The notes beneath the pieces were generated by a model. It was not told where the DNA came from, did no database searches, and worked only from the letters and a program-made list of their open reading frames with translations. Below, piece after piece: positions 19,540 through 28,242 of a stretch of 35,631 nt of DNA. The stretch is taken from assembly GCA_046260325.1 (NCBI GenBank), contig JBHEPK010000003.1, forward strand, positions 1 to 35,631, given 5' to 3'. Every line of letters starts with the position of its first letter. The first letter of the stretch is position 1. Made by a program: the position numbers and the translations under genes. Source of the stretch: Desulfonatronovibrio sp. Lineage in GTDB: Bacteria > Desulfobacterota > Desulfovibrionia > Desulfovibrionales > Desulfonatronovibrionaceae.

Positions 19540-21021
19540 ATGGCTGAGATTATCTCTTCTTATTACCTGCTCCTGCCAATGGCTATCACCTTTGCCGCTC
19601 CTTTTGCCATCTGGCTTTTCCGCAGTGACATCAACCAGAGAGAGGCAATATCTCTAATTGCTGGGGGAGCAACATTTCTGTCCATTTTATATCTGGTGCC
19701 CAAAGTTCTAAGCGGGGCAATCTACAAATGCACTCTGTTCACTATCCTTCCGGGTATTACAGTATCGTTTGCAGCTGACGGATTGTCTCTTATATTTGCG
19801 CTTATAGCCTCTTTTTTATGGATTCTGGCTACAAGTTACAACATCGGGTATATGCGCTCTCTCAACGAACATGCCCAGACCAGATATTATTTCTGTTTTG
19901 CAGTAGCTATTTTTGGAGCCATGGGAGTGGCCCTTAGTGCAAATATTTTCACTCTCTACCTGTTTTACGAGGTAATAACTGTATTTACGTATCCTCTGGT
20001 TGCTCATCATCAGGATGATGACTCCTACACCGGAGCCAGGAAATATATTATTTACCTCATGGGTACATCCAAACTTTTTCTTCTCCCGGCCATGATCATG
20101 ACTTATGTACTCGCTGGCACCCTGGATTTTCATCTTGGAGACATCAGCCAGGGTATTTTCCCTGATGACGCCCCGGCTGGCTGGGTTATTCTGACTTATA
20201 TCCTGTTCATTGCCGGACTGGCCAAGGCTGCCATCATGCCCCTGCACAACTGGCTGCCTTCAGCCATGGTTGCTCCCACGCCTGTATCAGCCCTGCTCCA
20301 CGCTGTTGCGGTTGTTAAGGCAGGTGTATTCTCCATAAGCAGGATCATCCTGTCGGTATTCGGCGTAGACACCATGGATGCCCTGAATCTGGGAATTCCT
20401 CTGGCCTACCTCGCAGCATTCACCTTAGTTACGGCTTCAGTAATTGCCATGACCAAAGATGATCTCAAGGCAAGGCTGGCCTACTCCACAGTGAGCCAGC
20501 TGTCATACGTAGTAATCGGAGTAGCCATGCTCACACCTCTGGCCATAACCGGAGGTAACCTGCATATAGCCCATCATGCTTTCAGCAAAATCACCCTGTT
20601 TTTTGCGGCAGGAGCCATATATGTAGCCACCCACATGAAAAAGATCAGCCTGCTCTCAGGTATGGCCAGGCAGATGCCCTGGACTTTTGGAGCTTTTTCC
20701 ATAGCAGCCCTGAGCATGATCGGGGTTCCCCCTGTAGCCGGATTTGTAAGCAAATGGTACCTTGTCAACGGTGCTTTGAGCGCGGGACAGATCCCTCTCA
20801 TGGTAGCCCTGCTCCTCAGCACCCTTCTTAATACTTATTATTTTGGTCAGATAATATATAAAGGATATTTTGGAAAACCGGCACCGGGAGTCAATCTTGA
20901 AGACTACAGGGAAGCCCCGTTAAGTATGGTTGTTCCCCTTTGCATCACTGCGGGAATTTCAGTTTTTCTGGGTCTGTATCCTCAGGTGTTTCAAGAGTTT
21001 ATCAAAGTATTAGGAGGATAA
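19540..21021 (+). CDS. Antiporter-like subunit (MrpD/NuoL-type core, no lateral helix)
   Basis: YEVIT, KAAIMPLHNWLPSAMVAPTPVSALLHAV, LAYSTVSQL, HHAFSK. 493 aa. Confidence 0.9.
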   Translation: MAEIISSYYLLLPMAITFAAPFAIWLFRSDINQREAISLIAGGATFLSILYLVPKVLSGAIYKCTLFTILPGITVSFAADGLSLIFALIASFLWILATSYNIGYMRSLNEHAQTRYYFCFAVAIFGAMGVALSANIFTLYLFYEVITVFTYPLVAHHQDDDSYTGARKYIIYLMGTSKLFLLPAMIMTYVLAGTLDFHLGDISQGIFPDDAPAGWVILTYILFIAGLAKAAIMPLHNWLPSAMVAPTPVSALLHAVAVVKAGVFSISRIILSVFGVDTMDALNLGIPLAYLAAFTLVTASVIAMTKDDLKARLAYSTVSQLSYVVIGVAMLTPLAITGGNLHIAHHAFSKITLFFAAGAIYVATHMKKISLLSGMARQMPWTFGAFSIAALSMIGVPPVAGFVSKWYLVNGALSAGQIPLMVALLLSTLLNTYYFGQIIYKGYFGKPAPGVNLEDYREAPLSMVVPLCITAGISVFLGLYPQVFQEFIKVLGG

Positions 21022-21025
21022 AAAA

Positions 21026-21298
21026 TTGCTGAACCAACTCCAAGAAAACCTGGGCCGTTTCTTTGTAGAAGCCAGAAGAAACAGCAGGGTCTATTTCAAT
21101 TTTTTCAAGGCTTTTCTGGGGCTGACAATTCTGCTGAACATTTTCATCGGTCCCCATCATCCGCATTTTATCATTGATCACCTGCCAGGCTTTTTTGCGG
21201 CCTTCGGACTCATTGCAACTATTTTGCTGGGCAGGATAAGCAAAGGTTCAGCCCATACATTCCTGGGTAAAGACGAGGACTATTATGAACGAGATTAG
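21026..21298 (+). CDS. Small 2-TM protein of the type found between MrpD-like genes
   Basis: AGGAGG RBS, TTG start; HHPHF..LPGFFAAFG...KDEDYYE; overlaps the next gene. Confidence 0.8.
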   Translation: MLNQLQENLGRFFVEARRNSRVYFNFFKAFLGLTILLNIFIGPHHPHFIIDHLPGFFAAFGLIATILLGRISKGSAHTFLGKDEDYYERD

Positions 21299-23060
21299 CA
21301 CTTTTATTCATCCGGGTCTGTTTTTCTTTGCCCTGGCTGTTATTCTTGTCTTCTGGCCTGGCCAAAGCAATTCCTGGAAATATCTCCTGCCCCTGCCGGG
21401 CATCCTGGCTTTTATGGCTGTTCTAAGCATGGACTCCGGAACTTACGGAGAGTTCAACTACCTTGGGGTCAACATGATCACAGGCAGGGTTGACACCCTT
21501 GCTGTTGTTTTTGCACATGTCTTTGCCCTGCAGGGAGTTATTGGTTTCATATATGCATGGCATGTCAAAGATAAAGCACAGCATATATCTGCAGCCATGT
21601 ATATCACTGGTGCTTTCGGCTGTGTATTTGCAGGGGATTATCTGACTCTGTTCATCTTCTGGGAAATAATGTCTGTTGCCTCAACTTTTCTGGTCTGGCT
21701 GAACCGCAGCGACAAGTCAGTAGCAGCCGGTTTCAGGTATTTCCTCTTTCATACCCTTGGAGGCCTGTTCCTTCTCGGCGGTCTGCTGCTCAGATACTGG
21801 GACCTGGGCACATTCGCCTTTACTCCAGTTGATCCCTCCATAGCCCAGTATTATGATTATCTGATTCTCCTTGGCTTTGCAGTCAACGCAGCGGTTATCC
21901 CCCTGCACGCCTGGCTGCCGGACGCCTACCCCAGAGCAACCATTACTGGCGCGGTTTTCATGAGTGCCTTCACCACCAAAACCGCAGTCTATGTCATGGC
22001 CAGAGGCTTTGCCGGCTTTGAAATCCTGGCCATAATGGGTGTGCTCATGACAATATACGGAGTCTTTTACGCCACCATAGAAAATAACATCCGCCGAATC
22101 CTGGCCTACCATATTGTATCCCAGGTAGGATTCATGGTAGCCGGCATTGGCATCGGCACCGCTATGACCATCAACGGTGCCTGCGCTCATGCTTACGCCC
22201 ATATTGTCTATAAGGGACTTTTATTCATGGGCACAGGCGCAATACTTTACACTGCAGGTACTGCCAAACTCACTGAACTTGGCGGTCTGGTCTCAAGGAT
22301 TCCACTGGTATTCATCGCCTATATCATCGGTGCAATCTCTATATCCGGATTTCCGCTGTTTTCGGGTTTTATAAGCAAAACCATGACCATTGAAGGAGCT
22401 GCTGCAGCCCATCGCTACTGGATTGCTCTGGGCATGGAATTTGCCGCTGTAGGAACTTTTCTTTCCGTAGGACTCAAGCTTTCCTACTTTGCTTTTTTTG
22501 CCAAGCCGGACAGCACACGGGAACTTAAACCAATTCCAGGCAACATGTATATCGGTATGGGCATAGCCAGCCTGATATGCTTTGTGCTTGGTATCTATCC
22601 TCAAGTGCTCTATAATCTTCTGCCTTATGAAGTAACCTTTGTGCCTTATTCAGCATGGAGCGTACTAATGACTCTGCAGCTGCTGGGATTTGTGGGCCTT
22701 GGATTTTACTTGCTGCGCCACAAACTCAAGCCTGAAAATAAAATCAATCTCGACTTTGACTGGTTTTACCGCAAAGCTGGCAATCTGGGACTTTCTCTGG
22801 CCAGAAATCCTGTTGAGAAGATTGATAACGTTTGGACCACAGTTTATTCGCGCATCGGGCTTAAAGGACTTATGGGTATGGCCAAAGGCTCGTCCCAGTT
22901 CGACCGTGAAGATATTGACAGGGTTGTAGATGGTACCGCTTACGGAGTCATGAACATCGGCAGAAAAATAAACCAGACTCAAACCGGTAACATCCAGGAA
23001 TACCTGGGAATAGCCGTTTTTGTGGGCCTTATAGTCGCGGCCCTGGTATTTTTTGTCTAA
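21285..23060 (+). CDS. Na+/H+ antiporter subunit D-like protein with NuoL-type C-terminal helix
   Basis: FWEIMS, NAAVIPLHAWLPDAYP, LAYHIVSQVG, C-terminal DFDWFY...IDRVVDG...QTGNIQEY plus a TM segment. Confidence 0.9.
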   Translation: MNEISTFIHPGLFFFALAVILVFWPGQSNSWKYLLPLPGILAFMAVLSMDSGTYGEFNYLGVNMITGRVDTLAVVFAHVFALQGVIGFIYAWHVKDKAQHISAAMYITGAFGCVFAGDYLTLFIFWEIMSVASTFLVWLNRSDKSVAAGFRYFLFHTLGGLFLLGGLLLRYWDLGTFAFTPVDPSIAQYYDYLILLGFAVNAAVIPLHAWLPDAYPRATITGAVFMSAFTTKTAVYVMARGFAGFEILAIMGVLMTIYGVFYATIENNIRRILAYHIVSQVGFMVAGIGIGTAMTINGACAHAYAHIVYKGLLFMGTGAILYTAGTAKLTELGGLVSRIPLVFIAYIIGAISISGFPLFSGFISKTMTIEGAAAAHRYWIALGMEFAAVGTFLSVGLKLSYFAFFAKPDSTRELKPIPGNMYIGMGIASLICFVLGIYPQVLYNLLPYEVTFVPYSAWSVLMTLQLLGFVGLGFYLLRHKLKPENKINLDFDWFYRKAGNLGLSLARNPVEKIDNVWTTVYSRIGLKGLMGMAKGSSQFDREDIDRVVDGTAYGVMNIGRKINQTQTGNIQEYLGIAVFVGLIVAALVFFV

Positions 23061-23094
23061 ATATCAAAACTTAACAGAAAAATCTTCATAACCG

Positions 23095-24651
23095 ATGGAG
23101 TCAATACTAATGAATTTAAGCTGGCCCATATTAAGTACCTTGATTTTCTTCCCCATAGCATCTTCCCTGGTGCTGATTTTTGTGCAGAGGGAAATCGCCG
23201 TACGTCAAATATCCCTCGGGGTAGGCATCATTGAAATTCTTCTGGCCCTGCCGCTTTTGAAGTTCAAGCTTGGATATGCTGATTTCCAGTTTGTTGAATT
23301 CATTCCATGGATTCAGCACTGGAACATTAATTATCATCTTGGAATTGACGGAATAAGTTATCTTCTTGTCCTGCTTACGGTCTTCCTGCTGCCATTGTGT
23401 GTTCTATGCTCTTGGACTTATATAGGCAAACGTATAAAGGAATTTCACATCTGCATGATGCTAATGACTTCAGCGTGCATAGGTGTATTTGTTGCTCTTG
23501 ATTTTGTGCTGTTTTACATTTTCTGGGAAGTAATGCTTATACCCATGTTTCTGCTCATAGCAGTCTGGGGCGGTCCTGAGAAAAAGTATGCATCGATCAA
23601 ATTTTTTATCTACACACTGGCCGGAAGCAACCTGCTTCTTGTGGCCATGGTGGCATTCTACGTTGCCGGAGGAACATTTTCCATCCCTGAACTTATTGCC
23701 AAAGACTTTTCCTTCCGCTTCCAGTCATGGACATTTCTGGCCATGGCCCTGGCCTTTGCAATCAAGGTTCCAATGTTTCCTTTTCATACATGGCTGCCCG
23801 CAGCACATGTTCAGGCTCCCACTGCTGGATCTGTTCTCCTGGCTTCTGTTCTGCTCAAAATGGGTACCTATGGATTTATCAGATTCTGTCTGTCAATGAC
23901 TCCAGATGCCAGTATATTCTTTGCTCCTCTAATGATCGGCATTTCCTTGGCCTCCATAATTTACGGGGGACTGGTAGCCCTGGGCCAGAGCGATATGAAA
24001 AAACTCATAGCCTATTCATCTGTTGCCCATATGGGATTTGTTACCCTTGGAATTTTTGTTCTGAATATCAAAGGATTGGAAGGTGCCGTTATCCAGATGA
24101 TTAATCACGGTATAACTACAGGCGCATTATTTATGCTTGTAGGGCTTATTTACGAACGCAGCCACAGCCGTGAAATTAAAGATAATATGGGCATTGCAAA
24201 GTTTCTCCCTGCATATATTTTCTTTTTTGGCCTGTTTTCACTGTCATCATTGGCCTTTCCAGGTACCAACAGTTTTGTAGGTGAAGCTCTGGTTCTTATA
24301 GGTGCCTTTGAACATAGTCTGATCATCGGCCTTCTGGGAATTCCCGGCGCTCTTCTCGCAGCGGCATATATGCTCAGGCTGCTTCAGAAAGTGGCCTATG
24401 GAGAGCCAATAGTGGAAAAAGCCCGTCAATGGAAAGATCTTAATTACAGAGAATGGGCTTACCTGTTACCTCTCGGAGTTCTGGTTCTTTATATAGGTCT
24501 GGCTCCATCCCTGGCCTTGAAGACCATGACCGCATCAATTGAAAAAGTTATCGGATATACTGAGTCAAAAGTATTAATGACTGACACAATAAATGAAAAA
24601 ATAAACGCATCTGATTTTTTGGAAAGCAGAGACCTGACTTTCAGAGATTAA
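23095..24651 (+). CDS. nuoM: Complex I-like subunit M
   Basis: LGIDGIS, FWEVMLIP, IKVPMFPFHTWLPAAHVQAPTAGS, LIAYSSVAHMG, FPGTNSFVGE. Confidence 0.95.
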   Translation: MESILMNLSWPILSTLIFFPIASSLVLIFVQREIAVRQISLGVGIIEILLALPLLKFKLGYADFQFVEFIPWIQHWNINYHLGIDGISYLLVLLTVFLLPLCVLCSWTYIGKRIKEFHICMMLMTSACIGVFVALDFVLFYIFWEVMLIPMFLLIAVWGGPEKKYASIKFFIYTLAGSNLLLVAMVAFYVAGGTFSIPELIAKDFSFRFQSWTFLAMALAFAIKVPMFPFHTWLPAAHVQAPTAGSVLLASVLLKMGTYGFIRFCLSMTPDASIFFAPLMIGISLASIIYGGLVALGQSDMKKLIAYSSVAHMGFVTLGIFVLNIKGLEGAVIQMINHGITTGALFMLVGLIYERSHSREIKDNMGIAKFLPAYIFFFGLFSLSSLAFPGTNSFVGEALVLIGAFEHSLIIGLLGIPGALLAAAYMLRLLQKVAYGEPIVEKARQWKDLNYREWAYLLPLGVLVLYIGLAPSLALKTMTASIEKVIGYTESKVLMTDTINEKINASDFLESRDLTFRD

Positions 24652-24690
24652 TTCTGCAAATGCACAGATGATAACCGCCGGAAAATTTTG

Positions 24691-24726
24691 TCAGAAGATC
24701 GCAGATATTTTTCTGCGATTTTGTGA
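24691..24726. other. Intra-operon hairpin between nuoM and nuoN
   Basis: ATCGCAGA-TATTTT-TCTGCGAT core stem followed by TTT. Confidence 0.5.
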
Positions 24727-24772
24727 TGGAACCCGGATTTCTAACATTGAGAAGTATAAAAGGAGATAAGCC

Positions 24773-26188
24773 TTGCTCAACTTCAATGCATTACTCATAC
24801 TGCCAGAACTTTACATGGTTGCTCTGATCTGCGTTCTGTTTGCCCAAAGTATAAGCGATAAATTCAAGCATATGACTGATTGGGTACCATATGCAGCTTT
24901 TATCGGAGTATTCATTACCTTGTTTTCCTTTGGTCAGTCAGATGTCATGTTCTATAATACATATAAGATTGACGGATTATCCCAGTTTTTCAAGTTTGTT
25001 GTCTTCCTGGGCCTGACCATATGCAGTGCCAATGCTGTGCGCAACTCAACCCTGGGCAAAGTAAACAGGGCTGATTATTTCTTTTTCATGTTCATGAGTT
25101 CCTTTGGCCTGCTTCTGCTTTCAAGCACTGTAGAGCTTTTCACTATATACATTGCCCTTGAACTTGCTTCATACAGCCTGTACATCCTTCTACCCCTGAG
25201 AAACAAAGATCCAAGAGCAGTGGAAGCCACTATCAAGTATGCCCTGTTCGGTGCTGTGGCTACAGCCATTGGCCTTTTCGGCATATCATATATTATCGCC
25301 GGACAGCACACTACTTATCTGCATGCTCTGTCCACTGTTGACTGGACATTCTCTAACCAGCCTCTGGCCCTGGTGGGACTGGCCATGTTCTTTATCGCTT
25401 TTATTTACAAGCTGGCCCTTTTTCCTTTCCATTTCTGGGCTGCAGATGTGTACCAGGGAGCCAGCAACGAAACCGCTGCTTTTGCGGCGACCCTGCCTAA
25501 ACTGGGAGCAATTATAATCATGGTCAGGCTGATGGCCTTCATGCCTGGAATTGAGCTTAAAACCATGCTTGCTGTCTTTGCAGCTTTATCTATGACCATC
25601 GGTAATCTGGCAGCTCTGAACCAACGCGATATCAAACGCCTTCTCGGATATTCCAGTGTTTCCCATGCCGGGTTTGTCATGCTTGGCTTAGTTGCAGGCG
25701 GCAGCTATGGACTGGCTGCGGCTTCATACTACGCGCTGGTCTATGTAGTCATGAATCTGACTATTTTCTGGATCATAACCAGGCTGTCTCCAAATGGAAG
25801 AAATGTCTATATTAGTGACCTGCGGGGATTGTACAAATCTTCACCAATTATGGCCTTTGTGCTTGCAGTAGCAGCCTTTGCTCTGGTAGGTCTTCCCCCG
25901 ACAGCAGGCTTTACCGGAAAACTTTTTCTGCTCAATTCAGCATGGGCCGAAGGCTTTTACTGGCTTGTAATAGTAGCTGCAGTAAATACTGCCCTTGCTA
26001 TTTATTATTATCTAAATTTAGTAAGACATGCTTATACTCTTGACCAGATTGTTCCAACCCGGCTGGAGATTTCATCATCAGGTACATCCATAGCTGTTGT
26101 CCTTGCTCTGGGCGTGCTTTACTTAGGAATTCTTCCTCAAAATATTTTCAATCTGCTTATGAGAGCCAGCAGTTATCTCTTGCACTGA
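24773..26188 (+). CDS. nuoN: Complex I-like subunit N
   Basis: LELASY, EATIKY, KLALFPFHFWAADVYQGA, IKRLLGYSSVSHAG, GLPPTAGFTGK. TTG start after AAGGAG. Confidence 0.95.
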   Translation: MLNFNALLILPELYMVALICVLFAQSISDKFKHMTDWVPYAAFIGVFITLFSFGQSDVMFYNTYKIDGLSQFFKFVVFLGLTICSANAVRNSTLGKVNRADYFFFMFMSSFGLLLLSSTVELFTIYIALELASYSLYILLPLRNKDPRAVEATIKYALFGAVATAIGLFGISYIIAGQHTTYLHALSTVDWTFSNQPLALVGLAMFFIAFIYKLALFPFHFWAADVYQGASNETAAFAATLPKLGAIIIMVRLMAFMPGIELKTMLAVFAALSMTIGNLAALNQRDIKRLLGYSSVSHAGFVMLGLVAGGSYGLAAASYYALVYVVMNLTIFWIITRLSPNGRNVYISDLRGLYKSSPIMAFVLAVAAFALVGLPPTAGFTGKLFLLNSAWAEGFYWLVIVAAVNTALAIYYYLNLVRHAYTLDQIVPTRLEISSSGTSIAVVLALGVLYLGILPQNIFNLLMRASSYLLH

Positions 26189-26213
26189 TACCGTGGATTT
26201 TTTTTGAAAACCC

Positions 26214-26242
26214 TTTACACACAAGACTCTCAAGTGTAAATT
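26214..26242 (+). promoter_or_regulatory. Possible internal promoter with dyad upstream of the polyferredoxin gene
   Basis: TTTACA-17 bp-TAAATT overlapping a TTTACAC-N13-GTGTAAA inverted repeat. Confidence 0.4.
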
Positions 26243-26285
26243 AATGCTTTAAAGATAATCAGGGGCACATTTAGGAGGTGTAACC

Positions 26286-26801
26286 ATGAGCAATTATTTT
26301 ATTAAGATTGATGAAAAGAGATGTATCAGCTGCAAGGCATGCGAGGTACATTGCAAGGCCAAAAACCGTGTACCTGCAGGGGCAAAATTCGGGCAGTTGA
26401 TTTCAATTGGCCCTGTAAAGAAAAAGGGTCAACCAAGATACCTTAATCTTTTTATGCCTTGCTTTCACTGTGAAAATCCCTGGTGTGTTTCAGCTTGTCC
26501 CACAGGTGCAATGACCAAAAGGGAGAAAGATGGCATAGTATTTGTTAACCAGGAGCTTTGCGTAGGCTGTAAAGCCTGCATCATGGCCTGTCCATGGAAG
26601 GTACCGCAATGGGATGAAGTCAATGGTCGCGCTATAAAATGCGATTATTGCATTGATCGGGTAGACGAAGGCCTCAAACCTGCCTGTGTAACAGGCTGCA
26701 CAACTCATGCCTTGTCTTTTATCAAGCCTAATGACGCTTCGTCTCAGACACGTCTTGATTATGCCACAAAGGTTCTCTTGTCCGAACAGGAAAGAGCTTA
26801 A
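26286..26801 (+). CDS. Four-cluster [4Fe-4S] protein, PsrB/PhsB/DmsB/HycB family (molybdoenzyme beta subunit)
   Basis: CISCKACEVHC, CFHCENPWCVSACPTGA, CVGCKACIMACP, KCDYC..PACVTGC. AGGAGG RBS; no Tat signal. Confidence 0.94.
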   Translation: MSNYFIKIDEKRCISCKACEVHCKAKNRVPAGAKFGQLISIGPVKKKGQPRYLNLFMPCFHCENPWCVSACPTGAMTKREKDGIVFVNQELCVGCKACIMACPWKVPQWDEVNGRAIKCDYCIDRVDEGLKPACVTGCTTHALSFIKPNDASSQTRLDYATKVLLSEQERA

Positions 26802-26880
26802 CAACTTGTGGAAAAAGTCTTTATTCAACAGGTTGTTTAAAAATTCCAACCAGCAATTGGGAGATTTTCAACAGCCCGTT
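26801..26880. repeat. Overlapping imperfect palindromes of AACAG(G/C)CTGTTGAAAA type
   Basis: ACAACTTGTGGAAAAA / TTATTCAACAGGTTGTT and AACAGGTTGTTTAAAAA / TTTTCAACAGCCCGTT. Confidence 0.5.
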
Positions 26881-26907
26881 AACCATTTAACATTTTGGAG
26901 GGGAGTC

Positions 26908-28062
26908 ATGCCGAAAAAACTTTTATTGATTTCTTTAACCGCTTGTGCGCTGCTCGTGGTAGCCCTTGCAGGCCCGTCCTGGGCTGATCGACTTGCTGAA
27001 GGTATCCAGCAGGGTATCGCTTCAGGAGCAATCGATACATCAGCCGAACCAGGTTATCTGGATATTCCGGGAGCACCCCAGATATCATTGATCCTGGCAT
27101 TTTTCTGGGCCATTTGGGTAGGTTGGATTTTTTCCACTGTAGGGGCTTTTGGTGGAATCATGGCTGGTATCGGTCATATCACCATATACGGCCTTGGAAA
27201 TTATGCATCCAACTTCAAAGAGAGCGCACCAACCCTGAACAATTCCGTCACTGACTCCATCAGGGTATCAAACCAGTTCATGGTCGGATTCAGCGCCCTG
27301 GTTTCCACCTTCAACTACTACAAACTTGGACGTCTGGTATGGCCTGTAGGTCTTTTTCTTGCCATTGGATCAATTCTTGGTAGTTATCTTGTTCCCACGC
27401 TGACCGCAGGCAAAATCTCTTTGAAGGAATATTTAGGATACTTCGGGATTTTTGTGTTGGCACTGGGTTGCTATATGCTCTGGCAGACAACACCAGCCGG
27501 GCAAAAAAGCAAGAAAAAGGCCAAAGAAGCTGCTCAGGCTTTTGAAGCAACCATGAAGAAGAAAAAATCCGGTGAAGCAGTAGATACTTCTGAACTGGGT
27601 GTTAAAGTTATCTCTTTTAATATGAAACTGATATCTTTTACCTTCTATGGGGTTGATTTCTCCTTCAGCCCTGTGTTCCCCATCGTTGGTGGATTTGTAA
27701 TTGCTGGTATCGCCTCATTTCTCGGAGTAGGCGGCGGATTCATGCTCGTACCCTTTCTGACCAGCGTGGCCGGCCTGCCCATGTATCTTGCTGCAGGTAC
27801 TTCAGCCATGGCAGTTCTCATCGGTATGATCACCAGTATTCTCAGCTACCTTGCTGCCGGTGTTATTGTATACTGGCCACTTATCGGAACCCAGCTGATA
27901 GGTATCTTTGTAGGTTCAATGATTGGGCCAAGGACTTCACAGTACATTCCAGACAAGGTACTGACCAGGATCTTTATTGTTCTAGCCTTTTATGTAGGTA
28001 TAAACTACATGGCCAAAGGATTTCTCGGAGCAGACCTTATGAGCCTGATCACAGGCAATTAG
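26908..28062 (+). CDS. Sulfite exporter TauE/SafE family protein
   Basis: STVGAFGG, FLGVGGGFMLVPFL, AAGTS, GIFVGSMIG. Start at ATG 26908 after GGAGGGGAG. Confidence 0.9.
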   Translation: MPKKLLLISLTACALLVVALAGPSWADRLAEGIQQGIASGAIDTSAEPGYLDIPGAPQISLILAFFWAIWVGWIFSTVGAFGGIMAGIGHITIYGLGNYASNFKESAPTLNNSVTDSIRVSNQFMVGFSALVSTFNYYKLGRLVWPVGLFLAIGSILGSYLVPTLTAGKISLKEYLGYFGIFVLALGCYMLWQTTPAGQKSKKKAKEAAQAFEATMKKKKSGEAVDTSELGVKVISFNMKLISFTFYGVDFSFSPVFPIVGGFVIAGIASFLGVGGGFMLVPFLTSVAGLPMYLAAGTSAMAVLIGMITSILSYLAAGVIVYWPLIGTQLIGIFVGSMIGPRTSQYIPDKVLTRIFIVLAFYVGINYMAKGFLGADLMSLITGN

Positions 28063-28154
28063 ATCTTTGCTGTGGGTAGCACTGTAATCTACTTAGGCTA
28101 ATTTCAGTCTAAATTTATACATTATGCTATAAGAACGCCTTATCTTATAAACCA

Positions 28155-28211
28155 GGAGGGAGATTTTTAATCTCCCTCCAAATCTAATCAGGGTTTTTCC
28201 CTGATTTTTTT
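28155..28211 (+). terminator. Tandem hairpins ending in an intrinsic terminator after tauE
   Basis: GGAGGGAGATT-TTT-AATCTCCCTCC, then AATCAGGG-TTTTT-CCCTGATT with a T-tract. Confidence 0.75.
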
Positions 28212-28242
28212 GAAATATCTTTTAAATAAATACTAAAGCTTG

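Noticed and set aside
26707-26907. N-terminal extension of TauE in the ORF track
   Set aside because: It overlaps the polyferredoxin gene and a palindromic spacer, and a strong RBS precedes ATG 26908. The longer starts given for nuoB, nuoC, the DMT gene and the response regulator were trimmed for the same reason.
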